In this document: one piece after another, positions 1 to 9,336 of the stretch
Layout of the letters: every line of letters begins with the position of its first letter
Numbering within the stretch: the first letter of the stretch is position 1
Source: an uncultured Clostridia bacterium
GTDB lineage: Bacteria; Bacillota; Clostridia; Christensenellales; UBA1242
Reading direction: 5' to 3'
Length of the DNA: 64,000 nt
Assembly: GCA_948442695.1 (NCBI GenBank)
Contig: CAOJSF010000002.1
Span: forward strand, 132,254-196,253
Program-made: the position numbers and the translations under genes
The notes under the pieces: generated by a model
Seen by the model: the letters and a program-made list of their open reading frames with translations, nothing else
Told to the model about the DNA's origin: nothing
Database searches by the model: none

Positions 1-6
1 AAATAG

Positions 7-34
7 TTGATTTTTATAAAAAAATTTGCTATAG
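7..34 (+). promoter_or_regulatory. Sigma-70-type promoter for the tRNA-Gly/tRNA-Cys pair
   Basis: TTGATT (7-12), 16-nt spacer, extended -10 TGcTATAGT (26-34). It lies about 40 nt upstream of tRNA-Gly. Confidence 0.5.
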
Positions 35-73
35 TAATAGAGCAAACCTTGACTGGTGCATATATATTGTTAT

Positions 74-148
74 GCGGGAGTGGCTCAGTGGTAGAGCGTT
101 GCCTTGCCAAGGCAAATGTCGCGGGTTCGAATCCCGTCTTCCGCTCCA
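74..148 (+). tRNA. tRNA-Gly (anticodon GCC), CCA encoded
   Basis: Cloverleaf read by hand. Acceptor GCGGGAG/CTTCCGC, D-arm GCTCAGTGGTAGAGC, anticodon stem TTGCC/GGCAA with loop TTGCCAA, T-loop GGTTCGAATCC, terminal CCA. Confidence 0.9.
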
Positions 149-152
149 TAAT

Positions 153-227
153 GGTACCATCGCCAAGCGGTAAGGCAAAGGTCTGCAAAACCTTTATTCC
201 CCGGTTCAAATCCGGGTGGTACCTCCA
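153..227 (+). tRNA. tRNA-Cys (anticodon GCA), CCA encoded
   Basis: Acceptor GGTACCA/TGGTACC, anticodon stem AAGGT/ACCTT with loop CTGCAAA, T-arm CCCGG-TTCAAAT-CCGGG, terminal CCA. Confidence 0.9.
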
Positions 228-365
228 TATGACCAAAGCGACCACCTGAGACGGTCGTTTTTAAATATTGAGGTATTTTTTAGATATTAAACTTTAATAT
301 TTAAAATACTTATATAGATATAGCCAAAATAAACAAATGGTCGCAAAAAATCAACACAAAAATAT

Positions 366-523
<158 letters not shown>

Positions 524-2464
524 TTCGGTCCCACAACTCTACATTGTTTGAACTTGCTAATTCTTTTGCACTTTTAGTAAAGAAATTATTAGAAATGACC
601 ATACATTTATCGGCTTTATAAAATCCTTTGCCTGCAACCGCCTCCATAATTGCATGATTTCCCACAATTGCGCTATAACACTTTGCCTGAATTGCAATTT
701 TATATCCATTTTTAAATGCCAACACATCAACCCCCTGGTCTCCACTGACCTTTGTCACTTCTGTTTGATAACCCATTTTGTCAAATAATTTAGCAATAAA
801 TTCTTCAAACTCTTTTCCACTCATAAGGTCTATTTCATTCATTGTAATTAAATTATTTTTGTTATAATCAAATTGTTCCAATCTTTGAAGTTTATTTTCG
901 TTTTCAATTTTCTTTAATAAAGGTTTAATATTCGTTTCCATTTCTTTTGCGTAAAGTAATAATGGTTTTTCAAGACTTTTTGTATAAAAAATCATTGATA
1001 ATTTTGATATTAAATTTTCAGAACTATCATTATACATCTTTCTCAACATCTCTTCTATAGACATTGACCACGATAAATCATACTCATCAAAAATAGATTG
1101 CACTAAATTTTTTAAATAAACTTTATTCAACTCCCATAATAAGAAATATATGGACTGCAAATCAATCAGATTATCTTTTATCTTCTGACTTTCTACTAAT
1201 AAATGAACAAACTCTAAAATAGGAATTATCTTAAAATCATCTATTTCCTCATCGTCATCATCAGTATAATCAAATTCATCATCAGTATAATCAAATTCAT
1301 CATCATCGTCATAATTTATTTCTAAATTATAACAATCTTTTTTCTTTTTAATCAAATTCCATATTAAAGTATCATTTTCAAAGACATAATTAGAAATGTT
1401 TATAGGTACGTTTAACATATTATTTTCGAATCTCGCTTCTGGAAAATTGAAATATGTTGTTTTATCAAGAAATAGAGCAAACAACTTGCTATCATCTATA
1501 TTTACAAGGTAATCAATATATATTAAGCCTTTTTGTTGATAAATAAAATTTAAACAAATTTTTGTTAGATTATCATCTTCCATGAATTCTGACAATCTTT
1601 GAATTATATTATACACAAAATTTCTTTTGTAAACAAAGTTTAATATACTAGCCATTTTGCCAATTTTTATAGTTTTAACAATATCTGATTTAAAACCTAA
1701 ATATTTATTTGGATTGATAATCAATTGATTTGTTTTATTGAATATGTTATCAAATAATTGACATACAGATTTAAGACCATATAAAGCCTCTACTAAATAT
1801 GAAAGTGCAAAATCATCATCATAACTACTTTCATGTATGATTACATCTTGATTAGACAAAACAAAATACTCATCCTTATTTCGATAGGATAATCTTAAAA
1901 TTATTTTAAATTTTGTATCAGTTTCTATAAAGTTATCTATTATTTCCTCTAGAACAACACTCTTATTAGTTATAATCTCAAAAACACAAACATCATTTAC
2001 AAAAATTGAATAATTTATAAAATCATTAAAATTTATCACTATCATTTTAGTTTTATTAACAAGCGTAAATAATCGATATTCATCATCTCTAGTAAAAATA
2101 TTATCGTATACTTTTACCTGAATATCTAATTTGAAATCATTTTTTATAGCATTCAATTCATTATTTAAGGTTTTTAATGCATCGTCTAAACTTCTCTCAA
2201 TATTTTTTCTGTTAAAAATTCCACACATTGAAGAAAATGATTTAGCAGTTTGTTTACTTTCTCTTACTTTATAAACTATAAATAAAATAACAGGAATAAT
2301 CAAAAGTAAAACAACAAGTATACTATACCACCCCATTCTTTCAATCATTATCTTTAAAAAACTGCTTATAACAACTATCACTAAAACAATTCCTATTATT
2401 TGTCCTTTAGACATCTTTTCCACCTCCTAGTCATATCTAATTATAATATATCATTTATAAATAA

Positions 2465-2478
2465 GCAAGTATACTTGC
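2465..2478. promoter_or_regulatory. Perfect 14-bp palindrome in a divergent intergenic region (candidate operator)
   Basis: GCAAGTATACTTGC is its own reverse complement. It lies between the divergently oriented nuclease gene (start 2423) and the XRE gene (start 2527). Confidence 0.4.
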
Positions 2479-2526
2479 GTAAATTTATTTATATATTGAT
2501 TAAAATTTTTATAGTTAGAGGTGATT

Positions 2527-2769
2527 ATGAATGTAAACAAGGCAGTAGCAATGCGAACTTGTCAATTATTGAATGAAAAGCATATGACACAATATAGACT
2601 TGAACAAAATAGCGGAATATCTCATAGTAGACTCGGTTGCATTTTAAAAGAAAAGAATAAAACTGTAACTTTATCAACGGTAATGCTTATTGCTCAAGGT
2701 TTTAATATTTCACTTATTGAATTTTTAAATAGTCCGTTTTTTGATATGGATAAATTAGAAATTGAATAG
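2527..2769 (+). CDS. XRE-family helix-turn-helix transcriptional regulator
   Basis: The sequence MTQYRLEQNSGISHSRLGCILKEKNKTVTLSTVMLIAQGFNISLIEFL fits the HTH_3/Cro-C1 pattern. ATG at 2527 follows AGAGG by 5 nt. The tracked GTG at 2521 lies inside that RBS. Confidence 0.8.
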   Translation: MNVNKAVAMRTCQLLNEKHMTQYRLEQNSGISHSRLGCILKEKNKTVTLSTVMLIAQGFNISLIEFLNSPFFDMDKLEIE

Positions 2770-2772
2770 CCT

Positions 2773-2806
2773 ATTCACACTTTTGAGGTGTGAATTTATT
2801 TTTTAT
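2773..2806 (+). terminator. Rho-independent terminator after the XRE gene
   Basis: Hairpin ATTCACAC-ttttgag-GTGTGAAT followed by a T-rich run. Confidence 0.6.
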
Positions 2807-3024
2807 TTACAATGAGTTTCATATTCTATATATAATTATATGAATATAAAAAATTGAGCAAATTTCATAAAATATATGTAATTTTGCTTTAATCAACCTC
2901 AACATTTTTATAGTAAATTATATAGTATTTTTAAATATTTATATTTACAGATTATATTATATATATTAATACGCAAAAATTAATTAATACAACTTTATAA
3001 AACAGCATAAAACTAGCCTTGTAA

Positions 3025-3081
3025 GACTTAAAATCCCGAGGTGGCAACACCGTGTGGGTTCGACTCCCACCACCGGCACCA
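3025..3081 (+). pseudogene. tRNA-Leu 3' fragment (57 nt, anticodon stem to CCA)
   Basis: Identical to 395-451, but preceded by unrelated sequence (GTAA instead of the tRNA 5' half). Confidence 0.9.
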
Positions 3082-3153
3082 AAAAAATGCCTATAAGATT
3101 AAAACTTATAGGCTTTTTTCTTTATAAATCTTTTATTTTTTCTTTTAAAACAT
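3025..3153. repeat. Right copy of the 129-bp perfect direct repeat (att-like)
   Basis: Identical to 395-523. It contains a tRNA-Leu 3' fragment and a second copy of the terminator hairpin. Confidence 0.95.
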
Positions 3154-3162
3154 CAATGTTTT

Positions 3163-3292
3163 AAAGTCGAAATTTGTTTAAGTTTATAATTAAACCATCA
3201 AAAGTCGAAGTTTGTTGATTTTTTGCTTGTCTTTAAATATGTATTTTTAAAATCTTAACTTTCAAATAATACTATAAAAGTCGAAATTTGTT
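3163..3292 (+). repeat. Three direct copies of the 16-mer AAAGTCGAA(A/G)TTTGTT
   Basis: Copies at 3163-3178, 3201-3216 (one A>G change) and 3277-3292. Start-to-start spacing is 38 and 76 nt. They lie just outside the right direct repeat and upstream of the CDS at 3400. Confidence 0.7.
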
Positions 3293-3399
3293 TTTATTTT
3301 GGTTTGAATCTTCATTAAAAAAACAGTTTCTAACATCTTGTAATTAGCAAAAATCTATAATTATTGACTAATATATAAATTTATGATATTATAAACATT

Positions 3400-4680
3400 A
3401 TGAAACGATATTTTACAATGTCTTTGACATCATTTGTATTTTCAATTCTTAATGTAATGACATATTTTTTGTTGGGGTTAATAACAGGCAATACAGCATT
3501 ATCAGGTATTTTTTCAATTACATATCCCCTTCAATTTGTAGCAAGTATGCTTCTCAGTTTTTTCTCTTCTGCTTCTAATATTAGAGCAAATAAAGAAGGA
3601 AATAAAAATTGCGTAAACACTGGGATGATTTTAGGAATCATTTTTGGGCTTTTAACATTTGGAATTGTTGCAATATTTGTCGATAATTATATAACTTTTA
3701 TGCAAATGGATGCAAAAATTTATAGAACTTTCACTTTGATGGCAATAGGACAACTATTTTTAGGTTTTGTAAACAATATTATAGCCGATAAACTATATTT
3801 TGAAAACAAAGATAAAAAAGGCAATCTTTGCAGTATAGGTTTTATAATTTTAAATCTTTTGACAGTAACCATTGCTGCCTTAATCACAAAAAATCAGATT
3901 GCCATATTACTTACAAATTTAATTATTCTTTTCATTTATGTTTGTGTTTGGTTTATACTTAATTTAAGCAGATTCAAATTTGACTTTAAGGTAATTTTAA
4001 ACTTTAAATATGAATCTTTAAATATAGTTGGCAGTTTATTTATGCTTCTCATTTACCTATTCGGATTTCGAAAGGCTTTCAGTTTTGGCGAAGAATATTA
4101 TATAGCCATAAGTTTTCTAAACCTTATAACTGACCCACTCTGGGATGCACTTTCGGTAATAGATAAAATTGCAAAAATCAAAATCTCACAATCAAATTAT
4201 AATTATAAAAAAGCACTAAAAAATTCTACTATTATAACATTATTTTATATCGCAATAGGAATTATCTTATACTTTTCACTTTTTAAGGTTTATAATGTAA
4301 TATTAAAAATAGGATTAATCTATTTAAGTATAGAAGTTGCTGATTTTATAGTAAATATTTTCAAATCAAACATTCAAGCATATCTTCAACTAGAATATTC
4401 CCCTACAAAAACTACTACAATCACTCTAATTTCTAAAGGATTAAGAACAATTTTATCAACATTTCTCGCAACGCCATTCAATACTAATATTGCACAAATA
4501 TCATGTGGACTCCTAGGACTTGTGTTATTTATGATTATAAGATACAAAAATTATAAAATCAATGTTGATGGTTTTTTAGTGCGAAAAACAAATGATAAAT
4601 ATCTGCCACTCTTAAAAGATAAATCTCACAAAAGATTAAAAATAAGTTTCAACAAACAATTTGACAAGTCATTTAAATGA
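3400..4680 (+). CDS. Polytopic membrane protein, possibly a MOP/MATE-like flippase
   Basis: 426 aa with about 12 hydrophobic segments spread along the whole length and a basic C-terminal tail. The family assignment is tentative. Confidence 0.55.
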   Translation: MKRYFTMSLTSFVFSILNVMTYFLLGLITGNTALSGIFSITYPLQFVASMLLSFFSSASNIRANKEGNKNCVNTGMILGIIFGLLTFGIVAIFVDNYITFMQMDAKIYRTFTLMAIGQLFLGFVNNIIADKLYFENKDKKGNLCSIGFIILNLLTVTIAALITKNQIAILLTNLIILFIYVCVWFILNLSRFKFDFKVILNFKYESLNIVGSLFMLLIYLFGFRKAFSFGEEYYIAISFLNLITDPLWDALSVIDKIAKIKISQSNYNYKKALKNSTIITLFYIAIGIILYFSLFKVYNVILKIGLIYLSIEVADFIVNIFKSNIQAYLQLEYSPTKTTTITLISKGLRTILSTFLATPFNTNIAQISCGLLGLVLFMIIRYKNYKINVDGFLVRKTNDKYLPLLKDKSHKRLKISFNKQFDKSFK

Positions 4681-4771
4681 GTATCAAAAAAATATTTTTA
4701 AACGGAAAACAAAAAGTAATAATAAATGACAATAAAAACAAACAAGACTAATTTATTTGTTGTTTTATAAG

Positions 4772-4806
4772 AAAAAAAAACAAGAGAAGTACTCTTGTTT
4801 TTTTGT
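4772..4806. terminator. Bidirectional terminator between convergent genes
   Basis: Hairpin ACAAGAG-aagta-CTCTTGT flanked by an A9 run and a T7 run. Confidence 0.7.
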
Positions 4807-4819
4807 TTAAAATTTCTTA

Positions 4820-6250
4820 TTATTTAATGAAATCGACTGTCACCTTACCATCTGTAACAAAATTGATATTTTTTGTCCCTTCATTTCTTTTAAGTGGAAT
4901 AGCAAATTCATTGCCATATCCTTCAACAAAAATATTCTTATTTGTTCTAATTTCATTCTTAGTATTAAGTATATTAAGAATAAAAGCAAGTTCATCTCTA
5001 ACATCAAGGTCAATAGTACCTGAAGATGTTTTAAGATTCAAATAATTATCTCCAAATTCATTATTTTTATAGTTTAAACTAATATTCCCAGATGTTGTTT
5101 TCACATCAATACGAGGAGAAACATTTTTACTTTCATCAGTTGAAATATTGACACTGCCTTTTGTTGTTTCAACTATAGCAAGACCTGAGAATTTATTTAA
5201 CTTAACATTGCTGTTTTTCCCTCTAATATATATCTGTGAATTTTCATTTACACTGCCTATATTTATTGAAGAACTGTTTGCATTTGGAATTGCTAAATAT
5301 CCATTGACTAAACTGTTGATTGCAATATTTGCACTGCCCATATCATTCAACATCGAATATGATGTAAGAGTGCCATTTAATTCATTTATACTAAGTCTGC
5401 CATTTTTTATATTAAGGTCTGCCTTATTTTTTACTGAAAAGTTGTTGGTGCTAAATTCTGAGTTGTTTAAGTTTAATTTAGCCTTTTCTGTAGTTAAACT
5501 TTTAAAATTGATTTTTGATTTTGAAGCATTGATATTTAAATTGTCTATTTTAAAATTATTTCTGGCATCAATTCGTCCATTATTTGTTTTGACAGATAAA
5601 TTTGAAATTTTTTCTGTTTGACTGAAGAAAATAATATCTCCATCTGTATTTTTAACATTTAATGATTTTATAGTTGTTGTATTGCTTGCCTCAATGTTTA
5701 AAACATCATCATTCCCAACAAACACATTTCCTTTTGTGCTGTTGATATTTATGTTTGTATTATCAAAAGATTGACTTTGATAAACAGTTGTCAAAAGAGT
5801 AATTGTTATATCTTTTTTGAAATATACAAAACCTTCTGGTTCTTTGATTTTTATTTGTAAGTTTTTATTTTCATTGTCTGTAAAAAGAACTTCATATTCA
5901 AAGTCAGTGTCATGATCTTCTCGAGCAAAGCCAGAACAATTATTCTCAATTACAATTTTTCCTTGATCTATTTTTGATTTTGCTCTTTTTATCGCAACAT
6001 CACTAAATCCACAATCTATATCAACATTTTCAATTCTTGAAAAATCAATGTTGACATTCTGACCATCTTTTTTAATATATGCGATGTTTGCAGGTTCTTT
6101 GTTGTAAACAAAATATTTAAAGCCTAATATGCTTTTAAATGGAGAGAAAAGCATAACCGTCACAAGTATAAAGAATGCGGCAATAATTGCAATAAATAAT
6201 ATGAGTAAATAATTTGCAAATCCCTTTTTAACATTTCCTTTCTTTGCCAT
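4820..6250 (-). CDS. Membrane-anchored beta-strand repeat protein, DUF4097-like putative adhesin
   Basis: ATG at 6250 is preceded by GGGGAGG. One N-terminal TM helix (LLILFIAIIAAFFILVTVMLF). Repetitive strands such as VKTTSGNISL, LKTSSGTIDL and TKGSVNIS are typical of DUF4097-type beta-helices. Confidence 0.55.
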   Translation of the reverse strand: MAKKGNVKKGFANYLLILFIAIIAAFFILVTVMLFSPFKSILGFKYFVYNKEPANIAYIKKDGQNVNIDFSRIENVDIDCGFSDVAIKRAKSKIDQGKIVIENNCSGFAREDHDTDFEYEVLFTDNENKNLQIKIKEPEGFVYFKKDITITLLTTVYQSQSFDNTNININSTKGNVFVGNDDVLNIEASNTTTIKSLNVKNTDGDIIFFSQTEKISNLSVKTNNGRIDARNNFKIDNLNINASKSKINFKSLTTEKAKLNLNNSEFSTNNFSVKNKADLNIKNGRLSINELNGTLTSYSMLNDMGSANIAINSLVNGYLAIPNANSSSINIGSVNENSQIYIRGKNSNVKLNKFSGLAIVETTKGSVNISTDESKNVSPRIDVKTTSGNISLNYKNNEFGDNYLNLKTSSGTIDLDVRDELAFILNILNTKNEIRTNKNIFVEGYGNEFAIPLKRNEGTKNINFVTDGKVTVDFIK

Positions 6251-6346
6251 TTTTCCTCCCCTTATATTTATCATTGTAGCATAATTTTTGTTAAATTACA
6301 ATAAATATTGTAATAAAATATAAAATCACAATAAAATTATAATATT

Positions 6347-8161
6347 CTAGTCAAGAATAGCCTTAATTCTTCTTATTCCACTTGAAGAAGATTCTTCTTT
6401 AATTATTTTAAAATGGTGAAGATCGCTTGTGTTGTCAGCATGAGGTCCACCACAAATTTCTTTGCTGATTTCACCTATGGTATAAACTTTCACCTCTTGA
6501 CCATATTTACTTGCAAAAATTCCCTCTGCTCCGCTGTTTTTTGCCTCTTCTAAAGTCATTATTTCGCAAATAACAGGAATTGATTTTGCAATTGCATCAT
6601 TGACAAAATTTTCAATTTCATCAAGTTCTTCCTTGCTCATTTTATGGTCAAGATTAAAATCAAAGCGCAGTCTCTCTGGAGTTATGTTTGACCCTCTTTG
6701 TTTTACATCAAAGCCATATTTCTTTTGAAGACCTGCTAAGAGCAAGTGTGTTGCTGTATGAAGATATGCACTTTGTTTTGAACTATCAGCAAGTCCGCCT
6801 TTAAATTGTCCTACAGATGCCTGGCGAGACTTTTCCTGATGCTCTTTAAACCTTTCTTCAAATTCTTTTTGATCAACGCTATAGCCTCTTTCCTCTGCCA
6901 GTTCTTTAGTGAGTTCAAAAGGGAAACCAAACGTGTCATAAAGTCTAAAAGCAGATTTTCCGCTTATTTTATTTTCAACAATTTCCCCTTCTTTTGCATA
7001 TAACTTATGTTTTTCTATGCCATTAATTACCTTTTCAAACTCTTTATGACCTTCTTCTAATGCCTTTGAAAATTTTTCAATTTCCTTTGCAAGTTCTTCC
7101 TTGATAAAATCCCTTTTTGAAGAAATATCATAATAATACTTTCCATATTTATCAACATAAAGGTCTGCTATATCAGAAAAATATTTGCAGTCAAGATTTA
7201 TAAATCTTGCACAATTTATTGCCCTTCTTATGAATCTTCTCAAAATATATCCCTGACCTACATTTGAAGGAGTCACTCCCCTTGCATCACCCAAAATAAA
7301 GACTGCCGAGCGAATATGATCGGTGATAATTCTATAATATCTAGTTGATTTTTCGTCTTCTTTATAACCTTTTTCAGCGTACTTTGAAATAAAGTCTATT
7401 ACATCTTTAAGACATCCAGTGTCATAAACACTTTTGGCGTTGTTTAATATTGCAATTGTTCTTTCAAGTCCCATACCTGTATCTATATTTGGTCTTTCAA
7501 GTTTTTCTGCTTTTTCGCCCATGTTCTTAACATTGTATTGCATGAAAACATCATTCCAAATCTCTACATATTTTCCGCAATCACAGGCTGGCGAACAATT
7601 TTCACTGCATTTTGGCTTGCCAGTGTCAAGAAACATCTCGCTATCTGGACCACATGGGCCTACACCGCCACCAAGTGCCCACCAGTTGCACTCTTTATCA
7701 AAAAAGAAAACATCCTTTATTCCACATTTTTTCCATGTGTCAAAAGCAACCTCATCACGAGGCGCAGTTTCGTCACCTGCAAAAACAGTTGTTGCAAGAT
7801 TCTCTTTTTTTAGTCCCAAATATTCATCGCTTGTCAAAAATTCAAATGATAATTTTATCATTTCTTCCTTTGGACAATCACCTAAAAACCAGTTTCCCAG
7901 CATTTCAAAACAAGTCAAATGCCAGTCATCACCAACACTGTCGATGTCATTTGTTCTTATACATCTTTGCACATCACATATTCGATTTCCTGAAGGATGT
8001 GGTTCACCCAAAAGATAAGGTACAAGCGGATGCATACCAGCAGTCGTAAAAAGCACCGTTGGGTCATTTTCAGGAATAATTGAATATCCGTCAATCTTTT
8101 TAAATCCATGTTTAGTAAAAAATTTAAACCATAATTCTTTTAAATAGTCATCAGTCAACAT
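6347..8161 (-). CDS. alaS: Alanine--tRNA ligase, short form lacking the C-Ala domain
   Basis: N-terminus MLTDDYLKELWFKFFTKHGF...FTTAGMHP...QRCIR...FEMLGNW is the class II AlaRS core. Editing-site motifs HTATHLL and CGGPH are present. The protein ends about 30 aa after CGGPH. Start chosen at ATG 8161, after GGAGA. Confidence 0.85.
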   Translation of the reverse strand: MLTDDYLKELWFKFFTKHGFKKIDGYSIIPENDPTVLFTTAGMHPLVPYLLGEPHPSGNRICDVQRCIRTNDIDSVGDDWHLTCFEMLGNWFLGDCPKEEMIKLSFEFLTSDEYLGLKKENLATTVFAGDETAPRDEVAFDTWKKCGIKDVFFFDKECNWWALGGGVGPCGPDSEMFLDTGKPKCSENCSPACDCGKYVEIWNDVFMQYNVKNMGEKAEKLERPNIDTGMGLERTIAILNNAKSVYDTGCLKDVIDFISKYAEKGYKEDEKSTRYYRIITDHIRSAVFILGDARGVTPSNVGQGYILRRFIRRAINCARFINLDCKYFSDIADLYVDKYGKYYYDISSKRDFIKEELAKEIEKFSKALEEGHKEFEKVINGIEKHKLYAKEGEIVENKISGKSAFRLYDTFGFPFELTKELAEERGYSVDQKEFEERFKEHQEKSRQASVGQFKGGLADSSKQSAYLHTATHLLLAGLQKKYGFDVKQRGSNITPERLRFDFNLDHKMSKEELDEIENFVNDAIAKSIPVICEIMTLEEAKNSGAEGIFASKYGQEVKVYTIGEISKEICGGPHADNTSDLHHFKIIKEESSSSGIRRIKAILD

Positions 8162-8368
8162 AATTTTCTCCATAATGTGTATTTTAACATATAAAATATA
8201 AAAAATCAATCAAAAGATAATCAAAAAAATATTAATTTACAATTAAATAATAAATATAAAAGCCTGTTTTTCTAGCAATCTTGTTTTCATAGAATGATTG
8301 ATGTTTTATTGATATAAAAATCCGCAAATTCAATTTGAAATAAATTTATAATATTTAAAATAATAAAA

Positions 8369-9103
8369 TCAATAAAAAGTATCTTTTAGATAAAGTCCAT
8401 GTGCAGGCATTGTCTGACCAGAATGAGAACGCAAACCTTGATTCAATGCTTTTTCAATATCATCTTTAGTGAGTTTCCCTAGGCTATAATCGACAAGCGT
8501 CCCGACGATTATTCGCACCATATTATATAAAAATCCACTTCCAGTGATAGTCACATAAATAAAGTCTTCATTTTTCTCTACTGTAATATCATATATCGTC
8601 CTTACAAAATCTTCAACAGATGTATTCGCCGAGCAAAACCCATGAAAGTCATGGGTCCCAACCAACATTTTTCCCACCTCTTGCATTTTTTCTATATCAA
8701 GTGTTTTTTTTATCCACCCCATTCTATTTGCCAAAAAGACATCTTTTGTAGGCGAATTGTATATTTTATACTGATATTGCTTTTTCTTTATTGAAAACCT
8801 TGCATGAAAGTCGCTTTCAACCTCAACTGCGTTTTTGATTGCTATGTCATAAGGCAAGGCATTATTTAACACCTCCGCAAGTTTTGAAATAGGAACTGGC
8901 GCTTTCAAATCAAAATGTGCTGTTTGATGAAATGCGTGCACGCCAGCATCAGTTCTGCCACTTCCAAAGATTTCCACCCTTTCTCCGATGCTTCGAAATA
9001 TCGCCTCTTCTATCTCGCCCTGGACAGTCTTTTGATTTGGTTGTCTTTGCCAGCCAGAATAAGCCGTCCCATCATATTCTATTGTAATTAAAATTCTTTT
9101 CAT
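8369..9103 (-). CDS. truA: tRNA pseudouridine(38-40) synthase TruA
   Basis: IEYDGTAYSGWQRQ...GSGRTDAGVHA contains the catalytic Asp motif. Length is 244 aa. Confidence 0.9.
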   Translation of the reverse strand: MKRILITIEYDGTAYSGWQRQPNQKTVQGEIEEAIFRSIGERVEIFGSGRTDAGVHAFHQTAHFDLKAPVPISKLAEVLNNALPYDIAIKNAVEVESDFHARFSIKKKQYQYKIYNSPTKDVFLANRMGWIKKTLDIEKMQEVGKMLVGTHDFHGFCSANTSVEDFVRTIYDITVEKNEDFIYVTITGSGFLYNMVRIIVGTLVDYSLGKLTKDDIEKALNQGLRSHSGQTMPAHGLYLKDTFY

Positions 9104-9287
9104 AATGATATTTTAATTTATAAAGTCAATTATGTCAAATTATTTGAAATAAAAAATAAAATGTATCAAATCAAATTTGTTTAAAAAAAATAGGCATTAA
9201 ATAAATAAAAAACTTTTAGATAAATTAAAAAATAAAATACTATAATTTAAAACATATTTAAAATCAAACATCATTTACAAAATTTAT

Positions 9288-9316
9288 TTGACTTATATAT
9301 ATAAAATATATATAAT
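9288..9316 (+). promoter_or_regulatory. Sigma-70-type promoter of the PFOR gene
   Basis: TTGACT (9288-9293), 17-nt spacer, TATAAT (9311-9316). AGGAG RBS at 9324-9328 and ATG at 9337. Confidence 0.65.
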
Positions 9317-9336
9317 TAAATCTAGGAGTTTATTTT

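Noticed and set aside
524-3024. Looked for an integrase, recombinase or excisionase inside the tRNA-Leu islet
   Set aside because: The only ORFs are the Mrr-type protein and the XRE regulator. The 250 bp at 2770-3024 are AT-rich and non-coding in all frames. The element is therefore reported as integrase-less rather than as a complete mobile element.
5148-8049. Plus-strand ORFs antisense to the DUF4097-like gene and alaS (5148-5621, 7434-8018, 7538-7813 and 7612-8049)
   Set aside because: They mirror the opposite-strand coding sequence and translate to Leu/Phe/Ser-rich low-complexity peptides. The opposite strand has clear homology.
8162-8368. Looked for a T-box leader upstream of alaS
   Set aside because: Only ~200 bp of very AT-rich sequence are present. 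There is no specifier or antiterminator-type GC-rich helices and no T-box consensus.
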